Shown: in pieces, positions 29,985 to 39,614 of the stretch
How the letters are laid out: every line of letters begins with the position of its first letter
Position numbering within the stretch: the stretch's first letter is position 1
Made by a program: the position numbers and the translations under genes
Notes under the pieces: generated by a model
What the model saw: the letters and a program-made list of their open reading frames with translations, nothing else
Databases searched by the model: none
What the model was told of the DNA's origin: nothing
DNA from: a virus
Reading direction: 5' to 3' (one strand)
DNA: 64,000 nucleotides
Virus record (IMG/VR): IMGVR_UViG_3300020160_001966
Coordinates: 1 to 64,000 of that record

Positions 29985-30581
29985 TTATTCTGTATCTCTC
30001 ACTTTATATATCACATGGTTTACAAATTCATAGTCCATCTGTTGACCAATTTCCTCAAAAAAACAAACATCCCCTAAAACATCTTCTCTGAATTTTGGTA
30101 AATTATGAGTATTGGGTATAGCGCACATACATTTTCCAATATTACCTCTAGAAAAATTTTGAACATTCCAAGCATAAGTGTTTCCCCATTTATGTTTAAA
30201 GATATACAATTTATTTTTAACCTTCAAAGTTTTCTTAATATAATCAAAAGCTCCATCAACATATCTATCATCATCATCAGCAAACATTATGAAATCTCCT
30301 TCCAACCCATTCAAATACATATTCAATAAAGGATGACCATACGCCCCCTTTCTATCACTTTCATTTATAATATGTTGTGTTTTAAATTTAAAATTATATT
30401 TTTTTAAAACATTAGCTACATAATCATGGTTTATATCGGATATTATAGTGAATATATCATTTTCCGATAATTGGTTAATAAAAGATTCAATCAATCTAGG
30501 TAGAGTCTCTCTACCAATTGTTGTACATACAACATTTATACTAAAATTCATAACACTTTTCAGTAAAATATTTGGACTCAT
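29985..30581 (-). CDS. GT2-like glycosyltransferase
   Basis: VVCTTIGRETL, GDFIMFADDDD. Confidence 0.8.
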   Translation of the reverse strand: MSPNILLKSVMNFSINVVCTTIGRETLPRLIESFINQLSENDIFTIISDINHDYVANVLKKYNFKFKTQHIINESDRKGAYGHPLLNMYLNGLEGDFIMFADDDDRYVDGAFDYIKKTLKVKNKLYIFKHKWGNTYAWNVQNFSRGNIGKCMCAIPNTHNLPKFREDVLGDVCFFEEIGQQMDYEFVNHVIYKVRDTE

Positions 30582-31413
30582 CGTACATATCCATAATTTT
30601 CAAAAAAGCTTTTTGTAAATCTATCCAATCATCGAATTCAAAAAATTTAACATTTTTATCGTTTAAAACAACACCTAATACTTCTTGTTCGCTTATCAAT
30701 TCGTCATATTTTTCAATATGTTGTATGAAAGTGTTTTTAAATTCTTTCAAAACCTCCAAATTTTTTTCTTTACTCCCTCCAAATAAACAACCTGGTACTA
30801 ATTTCAAATCAACTCCAGTTAAATTTCTAATTCTATCTTTTAGTTCATAATTTATAACTATACTATTACCTTTCGTAGCTATAAATTCATGTTCTTCAAC
30901 TTTTTCAAAAATTTTGTCTAAAAATATTTCCTTACCGTATATGACACCTCTCATATAATCCCTCCAACCATTATGGCAACTCGTACCAAACAATCCAGCA
31001 TCCAACCAAACAACCAAATCATTACGATCATTCTCACTATGAGAAGAATTTTCCAATAATAATTCGATCTTATTCAAGATAACTTCAATATAATTTTTTA
31101 CAGAATATATTCTGTCATATATGTCACCAGCTTGAAATCTTCTTTCTCTTATAGGATTTACTTTATTCAAATAAAAATCATTATTCAATTCTTTTTGAAT
31201 TATTTTAACATTAGCTCTTTCACCAGTTCTATAAACATCATGTAAACGATGTTTATTTATAGTTTCTTCATTGCTGTATATGATATAATCATACTTATCG
31301 AAAATTAAAGAGTTTAATGTTTCAGCTAAAAGTGCAAAATTTTTATAAACCTCCCCACTCCTAGAAGGTTCGTATCTTAATTCATAGACTGAGCTAATTA
31401 TTGTTTTTTTCAT
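30541..31413 (-). CDS. HtrL/YibB-like protein
   Basis: VVWLDAG, PGCLFGG, SEQEVL parallel the HtrL domain of 27664..29979. Confidence 0.65.
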   Translation of the reverse strand: MKKTIISSVYELRYEPSRSGEVYKNFALLAETLNSLIFDKYDYIIYSNEETINKHRLHDVYRTGERANVKIIQKELNNDFYLNKVNPIRERRFQAGDIYDRIYSVKNYIEVILNKIELLLENSSHSENDRNDLVVWLDAGLFGTSCHNGWRDYMRGVIYGKEIFLDKIFEKVEEHEFIATKGNSIVINYELKDRIRNLTGVDLKLVPGCLFGGSKEKNLEVLKEFKNTFIQHIEKYDELISEQEVLGVVLNDKNVKFFEFDDWIDLQKAFLKIMDMYDESKYFTEKCYEF

Positions 31414-31416
31414 ATT

Positions 31417-32136
31417 TTAATACCACTTATCATGTACAGCTATTAAAGCATTGACAGATTTTGAAGAACTGTTTCTATTATATATATCATTCATTAAACC
31501 AGCAAAACACATTTCATCTATATTTCCAGCTGGAGTATTATGCAAACCATCTTCTTTTTTAATTTTTATCAATTCATTCCAAGTTTTTATAAACTTCACG
31601 GCATTGCCGTTATTTATTGATATAAATTGAATACAATCTTCAACCATTTCGTTTAATAATTCTTTATCAAATTCTTTATTATAAAATTTTTCGTAATGTA
31701 AAAATCTTCTCCCAAGCATACTATTAGTATCAATCTGATCTTTAAAATTATATGTAACTTGACCAGTTATGGAATTTTCTATAAAAGTATTTTTTATAGT
31801 ATCGTGATTATATATCGAAGAATTTGCAACAGCATCAGTGTCTGTTAAAACAACCTTTTCATATCCATTTTCAAATGCAAATAATAAAGAAAATCTTTTT
31901 ACAGAAAAATCGAAAGAATAATAATTATCTTTCTCATAATTCAAATATGACTCATTATATGCTTTTACATTTTTTACATGAATGTTTTCTTTTTTTATAA
32001 TAGATTCTGGAGAATCAGTTACTATAAAAATTTCAGGTTTGATATCTAAGAAATCAAAACTTTCAATCAAACGATTAGTTTGTTTATAATACCTCTCACC
32101 ATAACAAAATGTAGAAATAGCATAATCTAAAATCAT
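31417..32136 (-). CDS. Putative GT-A fold glycosyltransferase
   Basis: VVLTDTD DxD motif, FSVKRF, IDEMCF; cluster context. Confidence 0.5.
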   Translation of the reverse strand: MILDYAISTFCYGERYYKQTNRLIESFDFLDIKPEIFIVTDSPESIIKKENIHVKNVKAYNESYLNYEKDNYYSFDFSVKRFSLLFAFENGYEKVVLTDTDAVANSSIYNHDTIKNTFIENSITGQVTYNFKDQIDTNSMLGRRFLHYEKFYNKEFDKELLNEMVEDCIQFISINNGNAVKFIKTWNELIKIKKEDGLHNTPAGNIDEMCFAGLMNDIYNRNSSSKSVNALIAVHDKWY

Positions 32137-32723
32137 ATTCTAACGTAACAACACCAAGCAGCTTTTTTAAAATCCAACTTTCCATATTCTATTAAATTAT
32201 TTCTTGTTATAGAATCACATATATCCGAGTATTGTATCTCAAACCAATTCCAAATCTTTTTTTCAATATCATTTTTAAAAACAACATCACTTTGAGCATA
32301 GTCATGTGCCATTATAAAATCGTTTCTCTTAATATAATCGGAATAAAAATTAAATTCATTTATTTTAAACCCACCATCACACAACAATAATACTTTACCC
32401 CCATTGTTTATGAGATGTATCACATAATTTTTGAAAGTTTCAGTGGTTTCATCCATCACATGGTAATGAACACCCCTCTCTTTTAATTGAGCCTCAACAT
32501 AATCTTTATGTGAAAAATCAAAAGTGTGAATTTTTTTTGACAGATCGTTTTCGACACATACATCATCTATAATATAAGTTAATCCACCTAAAGAAGTTCC
32601 TAATTCTATTATAGTATCAAAATTTTCTTCCTTTAAAAAAGTTTCAAAAAAAGATTTAATATCCTTTACTTGTTGCGTGGTATGTAAATTTTTATATAAA
32701 AAAAATGAGTCTATAGTTTCCAT
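32133..32723 (-). CDS. Class I SAM O-methyltransferase (CmcI/Methyltransf_24-like)
   Basis: IIELGTSLGG, LLCDGG, IMAHDY. Confidence 0.75.
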   Translation of the reverse strand: METIDSFFLYKNLHTTQQVKDIKSFFETFLKEENFDTIIELGTSLGGLTYIIDDVCVENDLSKKIHTFDFSHKDYVEAQLKERGVHYHVMDETTETFKNYVIHLINNGGKVLLLCDGGFKINEFNFYSDYIKRNDFIMAHDYAQSDVVFKNDIEKKIWNWFEIQYSDICDSITRNNLIEYGKLDFKKAAWCCYVRI

Positions 32724-32726
32724 AAT

Positions 32727-33983
32727 TTAAAAAAGATTTCCTGTAATTTTTTCACACCAACCTTTAGATTTGGAATATGGCCAAACCACCCAATACTTGG
32801 GTTTACTTGATGTTTGAAATTCTCTCCAAACTTTACAATATTTATCTGGATCGTTTAACATTGTATTGATTTCGGATATATCGGCATCTTTTCTGTATAA
32901 AGTTTCATCATTTTCATCGTGGAAAGCAACGCACCAGAATTCATAATCCTTTTCTGGAACTTGATGATAACCCACATCAATACAATGTTTGAACACATTA
33001 GCAAATTGTTTTTTCCAATTTTCTTCTCCACCCAATTCTTCAATAGATGGATTTGGTGGATCTTTCTTATCTAAAGTATATTGCTGAACCGATCTTTCAG
33101 AAAAAAGCAAGCCAGAATATTCTTCATATTCTCTGAGGGTTCTGATTTTACCAAAACCATACTTACCATCGTGACCTTCTTGCTTTTCACCATCCATACC
33201 GAAAAGTTTTCTATTGGTGTGATGAGATATTCTATTCCTTTCACCCCACTGTTTATCATCATCCCACTGTTTCGTTCTACCCTTTCTCGTATATTCGTGC
33301 CAAATTACAGCTTGATGAGGATGAAATAAATCATAACCATAAGTATAAGCTCTAGCCGCTATGGATATTTCTTCTCCATGAAAATAATATTCTGGATTAT
33401 GTTGTACTTCTACACTAAATTCTCCAAGAGTAAAACACATATGAGCAGAATAAAATCTAGCTCTAGTTGGAGATTTTAATTCGGTATGGTTGGGGATATC
33501 TTCTGGAAGGAAGAAGACAGCACCCTCTGGAATAAATCTATCAAACACCATTCTCCAAGGTTTCTGAACTCTTTCTTGTGGATCATTTTCTGGATTAAAT
33601 GATGGAGCGTATGCTGTCAATAAAGGCTTTTTATAACCCATATCTTGCAACTGTTTAACCATTCCTATTAGCGTTTCATCCCAATCTTTATTAAAACGCA
33701 TATGTGAATCTATTTGTAAAGTATATTTTTCATCAGAATATAATTGTTGAACAGCATTTCTAGCCCAACAAACCCCTTTACTATCTTGATAAGGAACGTC
33801 TATTATTTTAAACCTTGTATCATTTTTAAACTCATCCAAATTTTCAGTATCGTCGTGTTGCCAACAGATAGCAAACACCAAATTTTCTGGATTTTTCGCA
33901 TTATTCAAACAATCTTTTATTGTTGGTATTAGTTGAGGATCTCTATAGGATGCTATCTGAATGAATATTTTATTGTTTCGCAT
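32727..33983 (-). CDS. GT60-like (Gnt1/Gnt2) polypeptide N-acetylglucosaminyltransferase
   Basis: IFIQIASYRDP, GVCWAR, LQIDSHMRF..DWD, FHGEE, VIWHEY; ATG at 33983 preferred over TTG at 33998. Confidence 0.85.
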   Translation of the reverse strand: MRNNKIFIQIASYRDPQLIPTIKDCLNNAKNPENLVFAICWQHDDTENLDEFKNDTRFKIIDVPYQDSKGVCWARNAVQQLYSDEKYTLQIDSHMRFNKDWDETLIGMVKQLQDMGYKKPLLTAYAPSFNPENDPQERVQKPWRMVFDRFIPEGAVFFLPEDIPNHTELKSPTRARFYSAHMCFTLGEFSVEVQHNPEYYFHGEEISIAARAYTYGYDLFHPHQAVIWHEYTRKGRTKQWDDDKQWGERNRISHHTNRKLFGMDGEKQEGHDGKYGFGKIRTLREYEEYSGLLFSERSVQQYTLDKKDPPNPSIEELGGEENWKKQFANVFKHCIDVGYHQVPEKDYEFWCVAFHDENDETLYRKDADISEINTMLNDPDKYCKVWREFQTSSKPKYWVVWPYSKSKGWCEKITGNLF

Positions 33984-34095
33984 ATTAAATGATATCAATT
34001 TAGTTTATCACAAAAAAGATATAATTCAATATAATATATTTTCTCGAATTATATAAAAATATTCTTTAAAGTTACTCTTAGATCCAAGATCGACT

Positions 34096-34812
34096 TTATG
34101 TTTTAGGATCTGTTGGAGTTGGTGTAGGAGTTTCTGTAGGTGTAGGAGTTGGTGTTGGAGTCTCGGTTTCTGTCGGTGTAGGTGTAGGAGTCCCTGTTGG
34201 AGTCTGTGTTGGAGTTTCTGTATTGGTTGGTGTCTGTGTTGGAGTAGGAGTCCCTGTTGGAGTAGGAGTCCCTGTTGGAGTCTGTGTTGGAGTTTCTGTA
34301 TTGGTTGGTGTCTGTGTATTGGTTGGTGTCTGTGTTGGAGTAGGAGTTTCTGTTGGAGTCTGTGTATTGGTTGGTGTCTGTGTTGGAGTAGGAGTTTCTG
34401 TTGGTGTCTGTGTATTGGTTGGTGTCTGTGTTGGTGTTGTAGTCGGTGTTGTAGTTGAAGTCTGTGTTTGTGTGGGCGTTTGAGTCACAGTCTGTGTATT
34501 GGTTGGAGTTTGGGTTTGTGTGGGGGTTAAAGTTTGTGTTGGAGTGGGTGTTGGACTTAAAGGAAGTAATGGAGTTGTTAAAATTGCTCCAATATCTGAA
34601 ATTGTTATTTTAAATCTTGAACCGTTATCTGCCAACATGATAACATTGTTTAATTGCACCAAATCGTTTGCCGTAACACTACCATAAATAGTAGTATTTC
34701 CAGAGACAGAATTATTGTAACAAGAATCTATTAAATCTGAAAATTCAGTTCCTATAGGTTTTTTTAAATCACTAAAACGTTCTTTTAAATATTCTGCACT
34801 CTGTATCGCCAT
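34096..34812 (-). CDS. Short anchor domain plus long Pro/Thr mucin-like tail
   Basis: N-term LKERF...P...FSDLIDS..N; about 150 residues of PT-x-T. Confidence 0.75.
   Translation of the reverse strand: MAIQSAEYLKERFSDLKKPIGTEFSDLIDSCYNNSVSGNTTIYGSVTANDLVQLNNVIMLADNGSRFKITISDIGAILTTPLLPLSPTPTPTQTLTPTQTQTPTNTQTVTQTPTQTQTSTTTPTTTPTQTPTNTQTPTETPTPTQTPTNTQTPTETPTPTQTPTNTQTPTNTETPTQTPTGTPTPTGTPTPTQTPTNTETPTQTPTGTPTPTPTETETPTPTPTPTETPTPTPTDPKT
34099..34560 (-). repeat. Coding (PT-x-T)n tract
   Basis: [16 protein letters not shown] units. Confidence 0.95.
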
Positions 34813-34813
34813 T

Positions 34814-35065
34814 CTAATATTTAGTCAGAAAACATGGTGTTTTATCACCAACATAAGAACCTAATTGATTAAATTCAAAATACTCTAAAGCCTCTTCATG
34901 AGACATGCCATCGGACTCTAATTTGTTAATAACTTTATCGAGATTGTAACAAACTTTATAATCTTGACCGAATTGTATCGAAACCCCTTCGATACAATCG
35001 TCAAAACCATCCATAATAATCAAATCATCTCCAAAGTCTGATAAAAAATCTTTTACATTAGACAT
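34814..35065 (-). CDS. Conserved phage hypothetical protein
   Basis: [10 protein letters not shown]...[17 protein letters not shown]; start revised to 35065. Confidence 0.7.
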   Translation of the reverse strand: MSNVKDFLSDFGDDLIIMDGFDDCIEGVSIQFGQDYKVCYNLDKVINKLESDGMSHEEALEYFEFNQLGSYVGDKTPCFLTKY

Positions 35066-36140
35066 AAAACGTTTTTTGCAAAGTAGATACTGTAGCCTTT
35101 GAATCATTAATCATAACAGTTTCAAGTCCAAAATTACCATCATCGGACAATGACACTATACCAAAAGCATTCTGCCAATTTGGAGCAGAACCATATAAAG
35201 GATTCAAATCACACATACATCCCATTTCCCAAGCGTATATCTGCTTATCCTTTCTTTTACCTATTGATGGTATCCTTTGCGCTGTATATCCAACTCTATG
35301 AGTATGCCCCATTATGGAAGATTGGTAATACTTTTCTAAAGTACCTCTAGCGGAATATCCACCATATTTTCTAACAACCTCACCATGCAATACAACCAAA
35401 TCGTCAGTCAATTCAACATAATCGGCCATTTTAACAAATTTTTTATATTCTCCCAAAAAAACATTTTCATAACTCAAAGTTTCTTTAATTTCTGGAAGAC
35501 ATGACAATTCTCCAATTCTTTCACTTAAATACCTCCACCATCTACCAAAAGTAGAATCTCCGCTATGATTACCATGAATTTCAACAATTTCAGCACCGTT
35601 AGATACTGATAAAAGATCTGATAAAAATTTATGATATTCAATTCTTTCTTCTAAAAGATTGAATTTTGTTCTAATATCTTTAGGATATCTGGATATGGCT
35701 AACATATCCAGAGAATCTCCATTTATAATGATAGATTTTGGTTGTAGCTCTGAAACAACTGATAAAAATATATCTATGGAAGTTTTACACTGCATCGGAA
35801 AATGTAGATCATTCAAAATCATTACATTATTCGTGTGTGTGTAATTATTTTTAGAATTTAATTTAAGATTTTGAACGTTTATAGGTGCCAATTGAGATAA
35901 AAAATCACAAATATCAAAATTTTTATCAAATTTACTCATATTCTCATATGATTTTATTGGATAAGTTTTAACAGATTCACATACATTAGTTCTACGCCTA
36001 TCGTTAAACCAATCCCACACTGTAGATTTAGGAATATTTAATTTTTCAGAAGTTTCTGAAACTGAATATCCTTTATGTTTTAGATTTAAAGCTTTATTTT
36101 TTAAATCTGAGAGGTTTTGGTGTTTTTCGTTTTTAATCAT
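35058..36140 (-). CDS. HTH plus calcineurin-like metallophosphoesterase
   Basis: N-term HTH (GYSVSETSEKLNIPKSTVWDW); DLH, GD, GNH, HG, GHTH motifs. Confidence 0.85.
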   Translation of the reverse strand: MIKNEKHQNLSDLKNKALNLKHKGYSVSETSEKLNIPKSTVWDWFNDRRRTNVCESVKTYPIKSYENMSKFDKNFDICDFLSQLAPINVQNLKLNSKNNYTHTNNVMILNDLHFPMQCKTSIDIFLSVVSELQPKSIIINGDSLDMLAISRYPKDIRTKFNLLEERIEYHKFLSDLLSVSNGAEIVEIHGNHSGDSTFGRWWRYLSERIGELSCLPEIKETLSYENVFLGEYKKFVKMADYVELTDDLVVLHGEVVRKYGGYSARGTLEKYYQSSIMGHTHRVGYTAQRIPSIGKRKDKQIYAWEMGCMCDLNPLYGSAPNWQNAFGIVSLSDDGNFGLETVMINDSKATVSTLQKTFYV

Positions 36141-36156
36141 ATATGATTTCCTATCG

Positions 36157-36184
36157 ATATTAACAGATTGAACAAATATGTCAA
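36157..36184 (-). promoter_or_regulatory. Sigma70-like promoter
   Basis: TTGACA-N16-TAATAT with extended TG. Confidence 0.6.
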
Positions 36185-36268
36185 TAAAAATTATTCAAAC
36201 CTTAAACAGTACAACCTCTAATGTTGTCCCGCCAACCCTCCCCTGTTTAAGTATGCTCCTTCAAAATT

Positions 36269-37516
36269 TCAATAATCGTAATATATTCGTTCTCGCAAAT
36301 TATTTATTTCAGGTTCTTGTCTTTTTTTCTGTTTATCTGGTTTAACCCCTCTAACCATGTAAACTATAATAGTATCAACCAATTCCAATAAAGCTGCTAA
36401 AAGAAAACATATAAGTGCTGTAATTTCACCTTTTAATAAAGCATTAAAAGATTGCTGAATTACATTATCATATTCAAATTTTACGTAATCTGGTTTGACT
36501 CCTATTTTTGAAGATACTGTATTGATAGCACTGTTTAATTTTATGGAAACATCGGCTAATTCGGTGAAATCTTTAGCTTTATTAACTTCAAAAATTAGAC
36601 CCTTTTCTCCCAACAGAGCATCTATATTGGCAACTCCCTCTTTTAAGGATTGCATTTTAATATCAGTTTCTTTTTTAATTTTTTCCAACTCTTTAATTTT
36701 ATTTTCTTCTAGAGTTTTTATCTCTAATTCTGATATTTTTTGTTGTTTTTCTATTTCCTTTTGTTTATTAGATTCAATTTCCCCTTTTTCTAAATCAACA
36801 TTGGCTTGTTCTCTTCTTAATTCGGATTCTAATTCTTTAGTTTTTGGACCTGTTCCAGCTACACCAGAACTATACTTACCTTTAACACCTTGAGTTTCGT
36901 CTATTATAGCTTGTTGAGCTTTATTAACTCTATCGTTTAAGGATTTTACTTGAGATACAAATTTTTGTTCTATTTCTGTTTGGATTTTATTATTTCTCTC
37001 ATTTATTTCTTTAATTTTTAAATTGAAAATTTGTTCTTGCTCTGTAGATTTTTCGTTTAATTTTTTCTCTAAATCTAAAATTTGAAAATTTAAAGATTCT
37101 CTAGCATCTTTATCGAAATAATTTACAATTTCTAAAACTTCAAATTTTTTAGTCAATAAAGATTGCCTAATACTGGTTTCAGAATAAAAACCAACAAAAT
37201 CAAATATTGTCGGTAATAAACTTATTAAAATACATAAAACAGCATGTTTATATTCGAAAACTTCCTTACCATACATTATAATTTTAATACAATATGGTAA
37301 TCCAACTACGGATAAAGCAGCTAAAAATATTAAACCAGTGTTCCAATCTGTCAATATTAAACTAAGTGCATGATAAGCAAAAGCGATAGCAACCACCATC
37401 ACTATAATATAAACAAAATTTAAAGTCTTAGAAGCGAATCCATTCTTTGTAGGAAATCCAAACAATGTTGGATGTGAATCATTATCTTCAACTTTATTAT
37501 CTATTAGAACTGGCAT
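36269..37516 (-). CDS. Membrane protein with a long coiled coil (DUF4407-like architecture)
   Basis: Several N-terminal TM helices, coiled coil, one C-terminal TM. Confidence 0.65.
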   Translation of the reverse strand: MPVLIDNKVEDNDSHPTLFGFPTKNGFASKTLNFVYIIVMVVAIAFAYHALSLILTDWNTGLIFLAALSVVGLPYCIKIIMYGKEVFEYKHAVLCILISLLPTIFDFVGFYSETSIRQSLLTKKFEVLEIVNYFDKDARESLNFQILDLEKKLNEKSTEQEQIFNLKIKEINERNNKIQTEIEQKFVSQVKSLNDRVNKAQQAIIDETQGVKGKYSSGVAGTGPKTKELESELRREQANVDLEKGEIESNKQKEIEKQQKISELEIKTLEENKIKELEKIKKETDIKMQSLKEGVANIDALLGEKGLIFEVNKAKDFTELADVSIKLNSAINTVSSKIGVKPDYVKFEYDNVIQQSFNALLKGEITALICFLLAALLELVDTIIVYMVRGVKPDKQKKRQEPEINNLRERIYYDY

Positions 37517-37539
37517 GTTCTAATATTTATCTTTTTTAA

Positions 37540-39207
37540 TCAAGCCTCACATGATTTACAAATCATTATAGATCTAGCTAATTCTTGAGCGGGATTTGCG
37601 CTGCGTTGATAATACAAGGATTTAATTCCCTGTTCCCATGCGAAGATCATAAGTTCATTTACATCTTTTGGTTTCGTATTAGGAGGAATCATAATATTTA
37701 AACTTTGACCCTGATCAATATATTTTTGACGTTGTGCAGCTTGTATAACAATTTCTTTTTGTGAAATTTCACCAAATGTTTTAAACACTTCTTTTTCATT
37801 ATCAGAAAGAAAATCTAAATGTTGAACACTTCCACCCTTAACAAGAATAGATTTCCAAGTTTCATCATCATCTTTACCCTTTTCCTTTAAAAGAGTTTTG
37901 AGATATGGGTTTTTAAATGTAAATTTACCCTTCGCAAGATCTTTTACAAAATAATTACTATTAAGAGGTTCTATACTAGGTGATACCTGTCCAAGAATAA
38001 AACTGGATGAAGTTGTAGGAGCAACCGCAAGAGTTGTTACGTTTCTTCTGTTGTATTCTGACTTATTCTCAGAAAGGGAAAATATTGGGGCGCGACCAAA
38101 AAGTTTCGCTAATTCACATGTTGCATGTTCAGAACGTTGTCTGATGAATCTCCATATCTGATTGTTCAATATTTTCGCCTCCATTGATTCAAATCCAATC
38201 ATCTTGGATTGCAATAAAGAATGCCAACCGAGAACACCTACTCCTAATGCTCTTTGACTAATAGCAAAATTTCTAGGAGCTTCCATGAATTTCATTCCTT
38301 CGGTTTTTTCGATGAACTCTGACATTACCGCATCCAAAAAATAAACCAAAGTTTCTACCGCATCAGTATCTTTCCATTCTTCCCATGTTTCCAAGTTTAA
38401 AGAAGAAAGATCACATACAAACGACTCTTCCTCAGAATTAGAAAGCATAATTTCCGAACACAAGTTGGAATTATTAATTTTAATCCCTTTGTCTTTATAA
38501 ATTTGCGGTGCTTGGTTGTTAGCATTATCACTGAAAAAAATGTAAGGATAACCAGATTCAAATCGTTTCTTGATAACAAGACCCCAAATTTTACGTGCTT
38601 CCTTATCACCCTCTACCATTTTTTTCATCCATTCATCCGACACAGAAACACCAATAGATAGATCTTGAATTTCACAACCTTCTGATTTGATTTTTAGAAA
38701 TTCTTCAATGTCTGGATGATCGATTGGAAGATATGCGGCAAATGATCCTCTACGAACATTTCCTTGCGAAACAACATTCATGAGCTTGTCAAACAATTCC
38801 ATGAAATGTACAGAACCTGTAGATTCTCCACCAGATGAAATTGGAGTTCCTCTTCCTCTTACGTTACCAAAATAAGCAGATGTACCACCTCCATGTTTGG
38901 TCATAACAGCGGTTTCGGAAACTTTCTCCATAATTCCTTCCATTGTGTCTGGTATATATGAACCGAAGCAAGAGATAGGAAGACCTCTTTTACGTCCGAA
39001 ATTGCTCCATATGGGGCTGGATAAGGAATAAAATCCTCTAGCCATATAATCTTCAAATTTATCAGCAAATCCTTCAGAGTTTAAATATTTTTCTGCTGTT
39101 TCTGCAATATCTCTAATTCTTTGTTCTGCTGTTTCTCCCTCTAACAAATAACCTCTTTCCAGAAATTTTCGTGAGTCTTTGTTAAGCCATTCGTATTTGT
39201 TTGTCAT
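37540..39207 (-). CDS. nrdA: Class Ia ribonucleotide reductase alpha subunit (short, no ATP cone)
   Basis: PISCF, GGGTS, SNLCSE, LGVGVLG, VAPT, DQGQS, KSLYY, C-terminal CKSCEA. Confidence 0.97.
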   Translation of the reverse strand: MTNKYEWLNKDSRKFLERGYLLEGETAEQRIRDIAETAEKYLNSEGFADKFEDYMARGFYSLSSPIWSNFGRKRGLPISCFGSYIPDTMEGIMEKVSETAVMTKHGGGTSAYFGNVRGRGTPISSGGESTGSVHFMELFDKLMNVVSQGNVRRGSFAAYLPIDHPDIEEFLKIKSEGCEIQDLSIGVSVSDEWMKKMVEGDKEARKIWGLVIKKRFESGYPYIFFSDNANNQAPQIYKDKGIKINNSNLCSEIMLSNSEEESFVCDLSSLNLETWEEWKDTDAVETLVYFLDAVMSEFIEKTEGMKFMEAPRNFAISQRALGVGVLGWHSLLQSKMIGFESMEAKILNNQIWRFIRQRSEHATCELAKLFGRAPIFSLSENKSEYNRRNVTTLAVAPTTSSSFILGQVSPSIEPLNSNYFVKDLAKGKFTFKNPYLKTLLKEKGKDDDETWKSILVKGGSVQHLDFLSDNEKEVFKTFGEISQKEIVIQAAQRQKYIDQGQSLNIMIPPNTKPKDVNELMIFAWEQGIKSLYYQRSANPAQELARSIMICKSCEA

Positions 39208-39212
39208 ATAAT

Positions 39213-39611
39213 TTAATCTAAAATTGTGCTATCTGGAATATCTTTTTCTGGCACAAGATAAACATCTATTACCTTTTTATGTTCAACATCTCTTGCTTTT
39301 TTTAATCTATTCAATCCATCCGATACCGATAAACCATAACTTTTGTTTTTTATAACCAATAATGGAAAGGAAGTATCAGCCTTCATCATTCTCTTATTTG
39401 ATTTTTCTGGATCATCTTTATTTTGTTTATCCCACCATTTCAACTCATGTTCAAGCTTTGAAATCGAAAAATCTTTTTTAAAGTATTTTTCTTTATTTTT
39501 CTCTGCAAATTTTACAACAGCGTCAACGGATCTTTTAATTCCATTTTCATCTGTCATAATACCTAGATCTTTTTTTTCTAAAATTTGGTTGATAAGTTTA
39601 TCAAATTTCAT
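39213..39611 (-). CDS. ParB/Srx-like small protein
   Basis: KADTSFPLLV...SDGLNRLKKA. Confidence 0.5.
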   Translation of the reverse strand: MKFDKLINQILEKKDLGIMTDENGIKRSVDAVVKFAEKNKEKYFKKDFSISKLEHELKWWDKQNKDDPEKSNKRMMKADTSFPLLVIKNKSYGLSVSDGLNRLKKARDVEHKKVIDVYLVPEKDIPDSTILD

Positions 39612-39614
39612 ATT

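Noticed and set aside
27190-34560. PT tracts as a DGR template/variable-repeat pair
   Set aside because: Variation is not adenine-specific and no reverse transcriptase is in the window
36228-36243. G-quadruplex on the minus strand (GGGGAGGGTTGGCGGG)
   Set aside because: One tract has only two G residues, and stem pairing explains the segment equally well
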